Shown here one piece after another: positions 1-9,137 of a stretch of DNA of 40,623 nucleotides. How positions within the stretch are numbered: position 1 is the first letter of the stretch; the number at the start of each line of letters is the position of its first letter. The notes beneath the pieces were generated by a model. It was not told the DNA's origin. It worked only from the letters and a program-made list of their open reading frames with translations, and did not search any database. This stretch comes from Rubrivivax sp. Lineage in GTDB: Bacteria > Pseudomonadota > Gammaproteobacteria > Burkholderiales > Burkholderiaceae_C. The DNA lies in assembly GCA_044345715.1 (NCBI GenBank), contig JBIJAP010000001.1, positions 1 through 40,623 on the forward strand. Reading direction: 5' to 3'. Both the position numbers and the translations under genes were made by a program.

Positions 1-468
1 GAACCATGAGTACACGGGTTCAACCGGGGCGCCTCCGGCGGCCTGGCAGGGGCCTCAAGACAGTAGAGAAATCAGCCAACAGCCATTTCAGTAAACCGCC
101 TCACACACAGAATTTCGGACACCCCCGCGGTACGAGCGACAGCAAGATGCACAAAGCCGAAGTTCATCGAACTTCAGACCCAGACTGTCTGCAGCCATTC
201 AGAATTGGCCGGCGAACCTCGGCGGGCACCGATACCTGACCTTCGCCATCCCCTCGGGCGGTTGTTCGTTGTCCCAGGCGGAACTTAACGTTCGGCGGCG
301 GAGGGACATAGGCGGGCCACCATTCGCAGAGTGCTCGGTGTGCAGTGTGTGAACAAGGCTGCGTGCAACGCGGCGCACTCACCGGGACCGAGCGCTTGGC
401 GTTGATCAATGGAGCAATGGCCACCCACGCGCCTCACAGCCAACCAGCACCCGCAGGAGGTGATGCGC

Positions 469-1986
469 TCAGACTGTCTTCCAGTCTCCCGCCTGCTCGA
501 ATGCGTACGCGGCTCGGTAGATCGTGCCTTCTTCGTACTTGCGGCCCACCAGCATCAAGCCGACGGGCAGCCCGTCGGCCAGCCCACAGGGAACACTCAT
601 CGCCGGGTGGCCGGTGCTGTCGAACGGCGCGGTGTTGGCAATCATCTCCAGCGCGCGTCCGACGATCTCTTCGACCGAAGCACCCGGCGCCGGCAGTTTG
701 CTGGCGGTGATTGGCAGCGTGGGCATCAGCAACAGGTCGAAGTCCTTGAAGGCGTCGTCGTAGGCCTGCGTCAACTGGCGGGTCAGGTTCTGCGCCTTGG
801 CGTAGAAGTGGCCGCGGTAGTGCTTGGTGAAGTATTCGCCGAGCACCATCGTCAGCTTCAGCGGATCCGACAGTTCGTCGGCGCGCCCCTTCCAGCCGGC
901 ATGCCAGTCGATCATGCTGGTGACATACAGGCCCTTCCAGTTGTAGCCATGGCCGTTGTCCTTCATCATCTGCTGCGTCGCTCCTTCGGCGGCGACGGGC
1001 AGCCAGATCGCCAGCCCCATTCGGTGCATCGGCACCGAAACCTCGGCCACCGTCGCGCCGAGTTGCCTGAAGCGTTCGGCCGCCTTTCGAACCTGGGCGT
1101 CGACCGCCGGCATCGAGTTGTCCCAGCCGAAACCCTCGCTGACGACGCCGATTCGCAGCCCCTTGACGCCGCCCTTCATCAACTCGGTATAGGGTTGCGC
1201 TTCGCGGCCGGCGTGCTGGCGAGGGTCGAGCCCGTCGGGGCCGGCCAGCACTTCGAGCATCAGCGCGTTGTCGCTGACGTTGGCAGTGATCGGGCCGCAG
1301 TGGTCGATGGTCAGTTCGATCGGCATGATGCCGGTGTAGGGCACCAGGCCGTGCGTGGCCTTCATGCCATAGGTGCCGCAGAACGCGGAAGGAATGCGCA
1401 CCGAGCCGCCCTGGTCGCCGCCGATGGCCAAGTTGACTTCGCCGGCCGCCACCAGCGCCGCGCTGCCCGAACTCGACCCACCGGCCGACCAGCCTATGCG
1501 GTGCGGGTTGTGCACCGGCCCCGACGAACTGGTGTGCGAGCCGCCCGAGAAACAAAAGTACTCGCACACGGCCTTGCCGGCGATCGTCGCGCCGGCGTCG
1601 AGCAGCCGGGTGACGATGGTCGCGTCGACGTTCGGCACATAACCCTCCATCGTCGAGGCACCGTTCATCATCGGCACCCCGGCGACGCAGACGTTGTCCT
1701 TGATCGCAACGGTCTTTCCCTTCAGCTTGCCCTTGGCGGCGCCGTGGATGGTGCTCTTGACGTACCAGGCACCGTACTTGTTCTCTTCGCCGCTCGGCCG
1801 GTAGCCCGGCGTGCGCGGGTAGATCACGGTGGGAAGGTAGTCCGGCAAAGAGTCGATCAGGTCGTAGGCATCGAAGTTGGGTTGCAGCAGCGTGTTGTAG
1901 GTGGCGACCTGCGCCTCCGACAGGTGGATGCCGAGGTCCAGTGCGACCTGTTGAAGCTGTGCCGGTGTGGGGCGCTTGACGGCCAT
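469..1986 (-). CDS. Amidase signature (AS) family amidase
   Basis: 505 aa; catalytic Lys in AIKDN, GGSSSGS signature, GGDQGGSVRIPS nucleophile motif; resembles NHase-associated amidases. Confidence 0.95.
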   Translation of the reverse strand: MAVKRPTPAQLQQVALDLGIHLSEAQVATYNTLLQPNFDAYDLIDSLPDYLPTVIYPRTPGYRPSGEENKYGAWYVKSTIHGAAKGKLKGKTVAIKDNVCVAGVPMMNGASTMEGYVPNVDATIVTRLLDAGATIAGKAVCEYFCFSGGSHTSSSGPVHNPHRIGWSAGGSSSGSAALVAAGEVNLAIGGDQGGSVRIPSAFCGTYGMKATHGLVPYTGIMPIELTIDHCGPITANVSDNALMLEVLAGPDGLDPRQHAGREAQPYTELMKGGVKGLRIGVVSEGFGWDNSMPAVDAQVRKAAERFRQLGATVAEVSVPMHRMGLAIWLPVAAEGATQQMMKDNGHGYNWKGLYVTSMIDWHAGWKGRADELSDPLKLTMVLGEYFTKHYRGHFYAKAQNLTRQLTQAYDDAFKDFDLLLMPTLPITASKLPAPGASVEEIVGRALEMIANTAPFDSTGHPAMSVPCGLADGLPVGLMLVGRKYEEGTIYRAAYAFEQAGDWKTV

Positions 1987-2021
1987 CTCGAGTCTCCAGG
2001 AAGGGTGTGATCGGGAGCCCG

Positions 2022-2050
2022 ATGATGGGGACGGTTATTTTCCAAGTCAA
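2022..2050 (-). promoter_or_regulatory. Putative sigma70 promoter of the amidase (TTGACT-N17-CATCAT) overlapped by operator TTTCCAAGTCAA (2039-2050)
   Basis: Read by eye on the minus strand; the operator matches four other sites in the cluster. Confidence 0.5.
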
Positions 2051-2108
2051 GTAACAGTCGGTCCTGCCGTTGACTCGAACGCCCTGCGGCGCACCCCCTC
2101 GACCGGCG

Positions 2109-3272
2109 TCAGAAGCGGGCAATCACGCGGAAGTGGTGGCCTTCGGCGCGGGCCAGATACATCGGCGCGAAGACGGCATCCGCGCCCCGGTAGGCTGAGC
2201 CCCGTGCGCTGGCGTGGGCCAGGCGTGGGTGTGACGGCATCGACGCACCGGCAAACCCAGCACTCTGCTCGAACAGCATCGCCAGGAAGTGCAGGCCTTC
2301 ATAGAGCGACTGGCCGATCGAGTTCAGGGTCGGCGCGCGTGCACCGAAGCGGGCGGCGTAACGTTCCTTGAAGGCCAGGTTGGCGTCGGTCTGCAAGGAC
2401 GCAAAGTAGCCGAGCACGACGTGCAGGTTCTCCGTGTTCTCCGCACCGATGGCCAGCAGCTGGTTTTCTTCGATGGCGCACGACAGCCGCAGGACACGGC
2501 TTGCGAGTCCACTGCGTGCGAACGCGCGGTTGAATTCCACCGCGTCCTGGCCGACCATCGAGATCAGGATGCCTTCCGCAGCGTTCTGGCGCAGGCGGTC
2601 GAAGACCTCGGAGTAGTCGCTGCTGCCGAAGGGCACGATCAGTTCGCCGACCACCTGGCCACCGTTGTCGGCAATGCAGCGCCGTGCGATCTGGTGTGAG
2701 ACCCGAGGCCAAATGTAGTCCGGGCCGACCAGCATCCAGCGCCGAACCGGCGTGTGGGCGCTCAGCCAGGCCATGGCCGGGCGCAGTTGGCGCGCCGAAG
2801 TCTCGCCGATCGCGAACAGACCCGGTGTTGAATCGCCGCCTTCGTACAGGCAGGTGTAGACGAAGGGGATGTGGCCGCCGACCGCGCCGACGATGCGCTC
2901 GCGAACCGAGCTGATGCACATGCCGACGAGGGAATCGACCTCGTTGTGCAGCACCAGTTCGGTCAGCGTGCGCTCGACATCCGGCGATTCATCGGACGCG
3001 TCGACGACCAGCAATTCGCACGGCCGTCCACCGATCCCGTTGCCGCGGTTCAGCTCTTCCTCGGCCAGCCGCGCTGCCGCCAGGGACGACGGACCCCAGA
3101 TCCCGGCCGCACCGCGTGTCGGCACACACAGCCCGACGGTGAATGACAGTCCACCGCGGGCCCAGTCGCGCTGGCCGTCAGGCAGATGGCGGCGCCATGG
3201 TGCCGATTTGCGGCCACGCGCGGTGTTGGCAAGCGAACGGCGGGCAGACGCGACGACGGACATCGACGGCAT
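2109..3272 (-). CDS. AmiC/NhhC-like amide-binding sensor (type I periplasmic-binding-protein fold, apparently cytoplasmic)
   Basis: ELNRGNGIGGRPCEL, YTCLYEGG and GPDYIWPR motifs parallel AmiC; no signal peptide evident; start placed at ATG 3272 after GGAG. Confidence 0.85.
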   Translation of the reverse strand: MPSMSVVASARRSLANTARGRKSAPWRRHLPDGQRDWARGGLSFTVGLCVPTRGAAGIWGPSSLAAARLAEEELNRGNGIGGRPCELLVVDASDESPDVERTLTELVLHNEVDSLVGMCISSVRERIVGAVGGHIPFVYTCLYEGGDSTPGLFAIGETSARQLRPAMAWLSAHTPVRRWMLVGPDYIWPRVSHQIARRCIADNGGQVVGELIVPFGSSDYSEVFDRLRQNAAEGILISMVGQDAVEFNRAFARSGLASRVLRLSCAIEENQLLAIGAENTENLHVVLGYFASLQTDANLAFKERYAARFGARAPTLNSIGQSLYEGLHFLAMLFEQSAGFAGASMPSHPRLAHASARGSAYRGADAVFAPMYLARAEGHHFRVIARF

Positions 3273-3352
3273 GTTCACTCCAGTCATCGCACCACGCTGG
3301 GGCGTTGATGAGTGCGTGTGTGCGCAGAAACACACATCGATCGCACCAATGT

Positions 3353-3364
3353 TTTCCGAGGAAA
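3353..3364. promoter_or_regulatory. Palindromic operator TTTCC-GA-GGAAA between the divergent amiC-like and marR genes
   Basis: Perfect inverted repeat in the divergent intergenic region; typical position for MarR autoregulation. Confidence 0.6.
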
Positions 3365-3413
3365 CTTCCGCAGCATAGAATCAGAGGCGGGGAAAATCAA
3401 TAACGCAACTCTC

Positions 3414-3851
3414 ATGCCCGACCAAGACCTCAACGACTACCTTGCCTATCTGCTGGCTTCGGCCCAACGGCGCATGCGGCTGGGCCTGATCAAGTCGATC
3501 GACGACGACGAATTCAACGAAGAGCACTGGCGCATCCTCCACGTGCTCTCCGACGAACAGGGCCACTCGATGGGCGAGCTCGCTGAGCGTGTGCTGCTCA
3601 ACGGCCCGGCGCTGACGAAGAACATCGACAAGCTGGTCGGTCGCGGTGTCGTGCAGCGTGCTGCCGATGCCAATGACAACCGCCGTGTTCTGGTCTTCAT
3701 CAGCGACCTCGGGCTGGAGGTGGTCGAGCGGCTCACCGAACGCGTCGATGCGCACCACGTGGGCATCGAGTCCATGCTGGGCGCACGCAAGACCGCGCAA
3801 CTGAAGAAGCTGCTGGAGACCTTTCTCGAGGCCGACACCGGCAGCAACTGA
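3414..3851 (+). CDS. MarR family transcriptional regulator (NhhD/AmiA-like)
   Basis: 145 aa winged helix: WRILHVL...MGELAERV...LTKNIDKLVGRGVVQR...DNRRVLV. Confidence 0.9.
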   Translation: MPDQDLNDYLAYLLASAQRRMRLGLIKSIDDDEFNEEHWRILHVLSDEQGHSMGELAERVLLNGPALTKNIDKLVGRGVVQRAADANDNRRVLVFISDLGLEVVERLTERVDAHHVGIESMLGARKTAQLKKLLETFLEADTGSN

Positions 3852-3875
3852 CCTTTTGGGCTGCCGCCGCCAGCA

Positions 3876-4244
3876 TCAGCGGTGCAGTCGAGAAAAGTCC
3901 CGGATCATCAGACGTTCGACGCGCTCCCCGCGGACCACATGGCGGTCGAGAATCTCCTCGATGTCGGCGTCGGTTTCGTATCTGTACCAGACGCCTTCCG
4001 GGTAGATCACCATCGCCGGCCCGAGTTCACACAGGTTCAGGCAACCCGACAGGTTGATGCGGATGTGGCGTTGTGCCGCTGTCACCATCGCCCGTCGACA
4101 CATGTAGTCGGCCAGCGCTTGCGAGCCTTTGCTGCCGCAACAGCCTCGCCGGTGCGTCGTCGGGCGCTGATTGGTGCAGCAGAAGACATGTACCTCATAG
4201 ACGAACGCCGGATCGTCGGGTCGACGCCGGGTCTCAGCCTTCAT
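3876..4244 (-). CDS. Thioredoxin-like [2Fe-2S] ferredoxin
   Basis: HVFCCTNQR...GCC...SGCLNLCELGPAMVIYPEGVWY; start refined to ATG 4244. Confidence 0.9.
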   Translation of the reverse strand: MKAETRRRPDDPAFVYEVHVFCCTNQRPTTHRRGCCGSKGSQALADYMCRRAMVTAAQRHIRINLSGCLNLCELGPAMVIYPEGVWYRYETDADIEEILDRHVVRGERVERLMIRDFSRLHR

Positions 4245-4617
4245 GTTCGCTCCCGGCCGCAGCGCCTGACGGCCCCGCATGGAAGAGCAGGTCTTCGACC
4301 ACCCGCCCGCAGAGCAGGTGCTGCTCGATGATGCGGTCCATGTCCGGCGGCGTGACACCCCAGTACCAGGCGCCGTCGGGCTGCACGCAGACCACCGGTC
4401 CGCTGCCGCAGGCACCCAGGCAGTCGGCGCGTGTGGGCTTGACGCGCAACGGCCCATCCGCCAGCAGTCCGGCCCGGATCAGCCTATGGCCCACGGCGTC
4501 CAGCGCTGCTGCGTCCATGCCGTCCGCTGCGCAGCGCCGGCCGGTGCACACCAGCAACTGGCGCTTGTAAGCCGGGAAGGCGGGTCGTGGCGGCCGTTGC
4601 CGCTGTACGTCGTTCAA
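4234..4617 (-). CDS. Thioredoxin-like [2Fe-2S] ferredoxin (second copy)
   Basis: LLVCTGRRC...DCLGACGSGPVVCVQPDGAWY; TTG start at 4617 is tentative. Confidence 0.85.
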   Translation of the reverse strand: MNDVQRQRPPRPAFPAYKRQLLVCTGRRCAADGMDAAALDAVGHRLIRAGLLADGPLRVKPTRADCLGACGSGPVVCVQPDGAWYWGVTPPDMDRIIEQHLLCGRVVEDLLFHAGPSGAAAGSEHEG

Positions 4618-4628
4618 GGATTCACCGG

Positions 4629-6716
4629 TCAGAACCCGACCCGCAAGCCGACGCGCAGGCTGCGCGGCTCGACGACCCGGCTGTGCACGCCTTCCACGCC
4701 TTCGGCCGGCTCGCCGGGCAGGCGCGACGCATAGAAGTAGTCGACGTCCTTGCTGCGCGAGTCGAAGGCGTTGAGCAGTTCGGCAAACAGTTCCAGGCGC
4801 CCGTTGCCCCACTGCTTGGGCGTCCAGGCGGTACGAAAATTGACCAGCGTGGTGCCGCTGGAACGCACGCTGTTGTCTTCGACCAGCGCGTGCGGCCCGA
4901 GGTGCCGCACCCGCATCGAAGCGTTCCATTTGTCGAAGATCACCGACGCGCCGAGTTCGCCGGTGCGGTCGAGCGCGCCGGGCACGCGGTCGGCACCGGG
5001 CGCGTCGACAAAGCGTGCGCGGCTGGCGGTGACTGCGGCGTCGAAAGTCAGCCACGACAGTGGCTTCCAGAACGCCGACAGCTCGATACCACGGCGGCGC
5101 GTCGCGCCGGCCGGCTCGACGGCGCCGGAGTCGCCGACGAAGATCAGGTCGCTGTCTACCTCCATCCGCCACAGCGTCGCGGCCACGTTCAGGCCGGGCT
5201 GTTCGTAGCGGGCGCCGAGCTCGCTGCCGGTGCCGCGTACCAGCCCCGGCGCCGGGTCGGACGGCGCGGTGACGCCGCGGGCATCGTTCGAATGGAAGCC
5301 TCGCCCCCAGTTGCCGTACAACGCAAAGCCGCCGCCGACCCGGTACGACGCTCCGACCTTGGGTGACAACAGGTTGTCATCGACATCGCCGCTCCAGCTG
5401 TCCGGCCCGGCCAGCGCGCGGGTCTTGAAGCTGTAGTGGTCGGCACGCAGCCCGCCGAACAACTCGAGTTGGTCGGTAGCGGCGACACTGGCTTCGGCAT
5501 ACACGGCCGCTGAGAGCTCTTCCACCGCGAACAAACCGCGTGGCGCCACACGCGCGCCGGCCACGGTCTTGTACAAGCCCACCGAGCTGATGTCGTCGAA
5601 GCGGCTCTCCATGCCGAGCGCGACACGCCAGCCGTCGGCCGGCTTGAAGCGCCTTTCGATGCGCCCGCCGTAAATGTTGCGCCGGTCGGACTGTTCGAGC
5701 TGGTCGCCGTTCACCGGGTCGTCGAGAAAGAAGGTGAAGTTCGACAGCAGCTTCCAGTCGTAGTACTGCGCGTAGGCCGAGACACGCCAGGCCTCGCTGT
5801 CCAGCCGCAGCGCGGCGATCACGCGGTCGGTGTGGCCTTTCAGGTCGGGGTCGAGCGCACCAAACTCGTCGGCAATCACTGTGCCGATGGCGCGGTCGGG
5901 GACCTGCTCGGTGGGCCGCCAGGTCGCGTGGTAGACCGACAAGCTGGCGCGAATCGTGCCGACGTCGGTGTCGTGGGTGGCCTTGGCGTACATCGACCCG
6001 TGGCGCAAGCGCTCGGGCAGTTCCCAGGGGCCGTCGTAGCGCTTGGCCTCGGCGGCCAACAACACATCGGTGTCGCCCGCGGTCCATGAGGTGCCGGCCA
6101 CTGCACGTTCGTAGCCGAATCGGCCGACCTGCACCGACCCGAACGGCCGCTCGAAGCGGTCTGCCGTCGTCATGCTCGCCATGCCGACCAGGCTGAAGTC
6201 ACCTGCGTCGGCGCGGTACGGCCCTTTGCGGTAGTCGATTCGCGTCACCACTTCGGGAATCAGGCCGCCGACATCGAGGTAACCCTGGCCGTGGCCGTGG
6301 GTGCGGAAGTTCATCGGCACCTCATCGACGAGCAGGCTGAAATCGGTGCCGTGGTCGAGGTTGAAGCCGCGCAGGAAGTACTGGTTCGCCTTGCCACCGC
6401 CGGAGTGTTGTACCGCGATCAGGCCCGGCACCACTTCCAGCAACTCGGCGGTGCGCAGCAGCGGGCGCACCGTCAGGTCGACACCGGCGACAGCGCCTTC
6501 GCTGGCCGCCACCGTCCGGCCGATGCGTCGTTCGGCGCGGCCGACGACCTCGATGCGCTCGGTCGCGGCCACCAGCGTTTCGCCGGACGTCTGCGCGTTC
6601 AGGAAAGTCGGCGTGCAGCCCAGCACCACCATGCCGGCCCAGGGGGCAGGCCAGCGCGGCAGGCACGACCAGATGACATCGCTGCGGTCGCGGCGGAGGG
6701 CGCGGGGGATCTTCAT
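4629..6716 (-). CDS. TonB-dependent outer-membrane receptor, probably for Co/Ni uptake
   Basis: Plug motif GGGKANQYFLRGFNLDHGTDF, RIDYRKGPY, C-terminal Phe; substrate inferred from the adjacent NiCoT and CobW genes. Confidence 0.9.
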   Translation of the reverse strand: MKIPRALRRDRSDVIWSCLPRWPAPWAGMVVLGCTPTFLNAQTSGETLVAATERIEVVGRAERRIGRTVAASEGAVAGVDLTVRPLLRTAELLEVVPGLIAVQHSGGGKANQYFLRGFNLDHGTDFSLLVDEVPMNFRTHGHGQGYLDVGGLIPEVVTRIDYRKGPYRADAGDFSLVGMASMTTADRFERPFGSVQVGRFGYERAVAGTSWTAGDTDVLLAAEAKRYDGPWELPERLRHGSMYAKATHDTDVGTIRASLSVYHATWRPTEQVPDRAIGTVIADEFGALDPDLKGHTDRVIAALRLDSEAWRVSAYAQYYDWKLLSNFTFFLDDPVNGDQLEQSDRRNIYGGRIERRFKPADGWRVALGMESRFDDISSVGLYKTVAGARVAPRGLFAVEELSAAVYAEASVAATDQLELFGGLRADHYSFKTRALAGPDSWSGDVDDNLLSPKVGASYRVGGGFALYGNWGRGFHSNDARGVTAPSDPAPGLVRGTGSELGARYEQPGLNVAATLWRMEVDSDLIFVGDSGAVEPAGATRRRGIELSAFWKPLSWLTFDAAVTASRARFVDAPGADRVPGALDRTGELGASVIFDKWNASMRVRHLGPHALVEDNSVRSSGTTLVNFRTAWTPKQWGNGRLELFAELLNAFDSRSKDVDYFYASRLPGEPAEGVEGVHSRVVEPRSLRVGLRVGF

Positions 6717-6737
6717 GGCGGACCCTTTCAGCTGCGA

Positions 6738-7220
6738 TCAGCCGCGCAACATGCACACCGCGCTGGTGCCATCGTGGTCGAAGACCGTCTTCTCGACATC
6801 GAGCTTCTTCACGACGCCGTCTTCGACGACCATCGAATAGCGCTCCGATCGGTCGTGCAGCCCGAAGGCGCCGAGGTCGGCGACCAGGCCGATGGCCTTG
6901 GTGAACGAGGCGTCGGCGTCGCTGAGCATCGTCACCTTGCCTTCGGCGCCATGCTGTCTGCCCCAGGCGTCCATCACGAACGGGTCGTTGACCGCGACGC
7001 AGACGATTTCGTCGAAGCCTGCTGCTTTGAGCTGGTCGTGGTTGGTGACATAACCCGGCAGGTGGCTGGCAGAACACACCGGCGTGTAGGCGCCTGGCAG
7101 GCCGAACAGCGCGACCTTGCGGCCGGCGAACAATTTGTCGGATGCAACGTCGGTGATGCCGGACACGGTGATGGTCTTGAATCGGCCTGCGGGCAGGCGG
7201 TCGTTGGTCTGAATGGGCAT
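6738..7220 (-). CDS. Peroxiredoxin (Prx5/redoxin type)
   Basis: PGAYTPVCSASHLP peroxidatic motif, VNDPFVMDAW, RSERYSM. Confidence 0.93.
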   Translation of the reverse strand: MPIQTNDRLPAGRFKTITVSGITDVASDKLFAGRKVALFGLPGAYTPVCSASHLPGYVTNHDQLKAAGFDEIVCVAVNDPFVMDAWGRQHGAEGKVTMLSDADASFTKAIGLVADLGAFGLHDRSERYSMVVEDGVVKKLDVEKTVFDHDGTSAVCMLRG

Positions 7221-7267
7221 GGCAGAGCTATCCTTCACTCAGGACTTGGGTCAGGTGGGGGGGAAGA

Positions 7268-8095
7268 TCAGGCGGCGCTGCGTTGCGCGGGGGGCTGGGG
7301 TGCTGTGCGCTTGTAGGCCAGCCATGCCCAGATCAACGCCATCAGGACGATGAGCGCCGCGCCGGTCAGCGTGAACGCCAGGTCATCGAGTTCGATCGCC
7401 GGCAACAGCGCCTTGCCGATGTTGTAGAACGCCACGCCGAACGAAATGGCGACGATCAGCCAGCCCAGGATGCGCCGGTAGCGAGGCCCAGCGGTGGCCG
7501 CCTGCGAGCTGCGGTTGACGTGGCAGATGAGCCGCCCGTCGAGCGTGTCGGTGATCACCATGCCGGCGGTGAACACCAGCCCGGCGGCCAGCGCGGCGAG
7601 CAGGCCGCCGCCTTTGATGCTGGCCACGTAGCCCCACGCCGACGCCTGCGTGGCGGTGTCGAAGACGGTGGCAAACAGCACGCCGATCGCGATCACCGCC
7701 AGCGGGCTGCCGTTGTTGCGCAGTCGCGCCGGAATCAGCCGCATCTTCCAGCCGGTCGGTTGGTAGTTCTGTTGCGCCCGCAGCAGCAGCCGCAGGTTGA
7801 GCGTACCCACCAGTAGCAGCAGCAGGGTCGGAATCCACTCGAACACCGTCACCACGCCGTCGGGCACGTGGATCTTCTTCGTCAGCTGGCTGACCGCAAC
7901 CGCGATCACCGTCACCAGCAAGCCGTGGCCGATGGCGAACAGCGTGCCGATCCACTTCGCATGCCGGTGCTGGTGATTCAGCGCCTGCCAGGTGAGGCCG
8001 TCGATGCAGGCGATATGGTCAGGGTCCAGGCCGTGGCGCAGGCCGAGTACGAACATCAGCACAAGGCCAGAGAAGGAGATCAGTTCAGCGTCCAT
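7268..8095 (-). CDS. HoxN/HupN/NixA (NiCoT) nickel/cobalt permease, NhlF-like
   Basis: GLRHGLDPDHIACID signature, FAIGHG, multiple transmembrane segments. Confidence 0.92.
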   Translation of the reverse strand: MDAELISFSGLVLMFVLGLRHGLDPDHIACIDGLTWQALNHQHRHAKWIGTLFAIGHGLLVTVIAVAVSQLTKKIHVPDGVVTVFEWIPTLLLLLVGTLNLRLLLRAQQNYQPTGWKMRLIPARLRNNGSPLAVIAIGVLFATVFDTATQASAWGYVASIKGGGLLAALAAGLVFTAGMVITDTLDGRLICHVNRSSQAATAGPRYRRILGWLIVAISFGVAFYNIGKALLPAIELDDLAFTLTGAALIVLMALIWAWLAYKRTAPQPPAQRSAA

Positions 8096-8131
8096 GGGGT
8101 GTTCTCCAGGAGGTCGAAGGGGATTTGCGAA

Positions 8132-9112
8132 TCACTTGGCGACGCAGTGCGCCAGGCCGGCGGCCAGCATCTCGCGATCGAGGTCACGGCCGATGACGAC
8201 GTACTCGGTGCGCCGCGGCTCGTCGTCGCGCCAGGCGTGGAAGCGAGCCATGGTCGTCAGCATGCGCACGCTCTGGAACACCACGCGCTCGTTGAAGCCC
8301 TTGGCGTTGAAGACGCCCTTGGTGCGCAGGTAACGGTCGCCTTCCTTCTGCAGCAGCGGCGATATCCAAGACATGAAGCGGTTCATGTCGACCGGCCGCT
8401 CTTCGCGCAGCACGATCGAGGTGATGGCCGCGTCGTGCTCGTGCGCGTGGTCGCCGAGGAACTCGGGGTCGACCTGCAGCTTGGCGTCGAGCTGGAAGGC
8501 ATTGACGCCGAGCACCAGGCCGAGGTCGATCACGCTGTTGGCACTGCGGTGCATGCGGGCCAGCGGGTTGAGCGAACGCACGCGGCGCTCGATGCGCTGC
8601 AACTGTTCTTCGTCGACGAGGTCGGTCTTGTTGACCAGCACGATGTCGGCAAAGGCCACCTGCTCCTGGGCTTCGACGCTCTGTTCCAGGTTCTTTTCCA
8701 GGTTGACCGAATCGACAACGGTGACGAATGCATCGAGCCGGGTGCCGGCGCGCACTGCTTCGTCGACGAAGAAGGTCGATGCCACCGGCGCCGGGTCGGC
8801 CAGGCCGGTGGTCTCGATCAGGATCGCGTCGAGATCGCCAGCGCGCTGGCGCAGCTTGTCGATCGTCGTGACGAGGTCGCCGCGCACGGTGCAGCACAGG
8901 CAGCCGTTGTTGAACTCGATGAGTTGCTCGTCGCCGTCCTGCTCGATCAGTTGGCCGTCGATGCCGATCTCGCCGAACTCGTTGACGATCACCGCCACCT
9001 TGCGACCCTGCTGGCCAGTGAGGATGTGGTTGAGCAGCGTCGTCTTGCCGGAACCGAGGTAGCCGGTGATGACGGTGACCGGGATCTTCTGCGCGGGGGT
9101 TGGTGCGGTCAT
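8132..9112 (-). CDS. CobW/COG0523 G3E GTPase metallochaperone
   Basis: [31 protein letters not shown]; CobW C-terminal domain. Confidence 0.93.
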   Translation of the reverse strand: MTAPTPAQKIPVTVITGYLGSGKTTLLNHILTGQQGRKVAVIVNEFGEIGIDGQLIEQDGDEQLIEFNNGCLCCTVRGDLVTTIDKLRQRAGDLDAILIETTGLADPAPVASTFFVDEAVRAGTRLDAFVTVVDSVNLEKNLEQSVEAQEQVAFADIVLVNKTDLVDEEQLQRIERRVRSLNPLARMHRSANSVIDLGLVLGVNAFQLDAKLQVDPEFLGDHAHEHDAAITSIVLREERPVDMNRFMSWISPLLQKEGDRYLRTKGVFNAKGFNERVVFQSVRMLTTMARFHAWRDDEPRRTEYVVIGRDLDREMLAAGLAHCVAK

Positions 9113-9137
9113 GCGGTCGTTTCCTTGAGCGTTGCGT

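Noticed and set aside
1-460. Short ORFs at the window start (6..239, 164..424)
   Set aside because: No motifs or convincing RBS; region looks non-coding or degenerate
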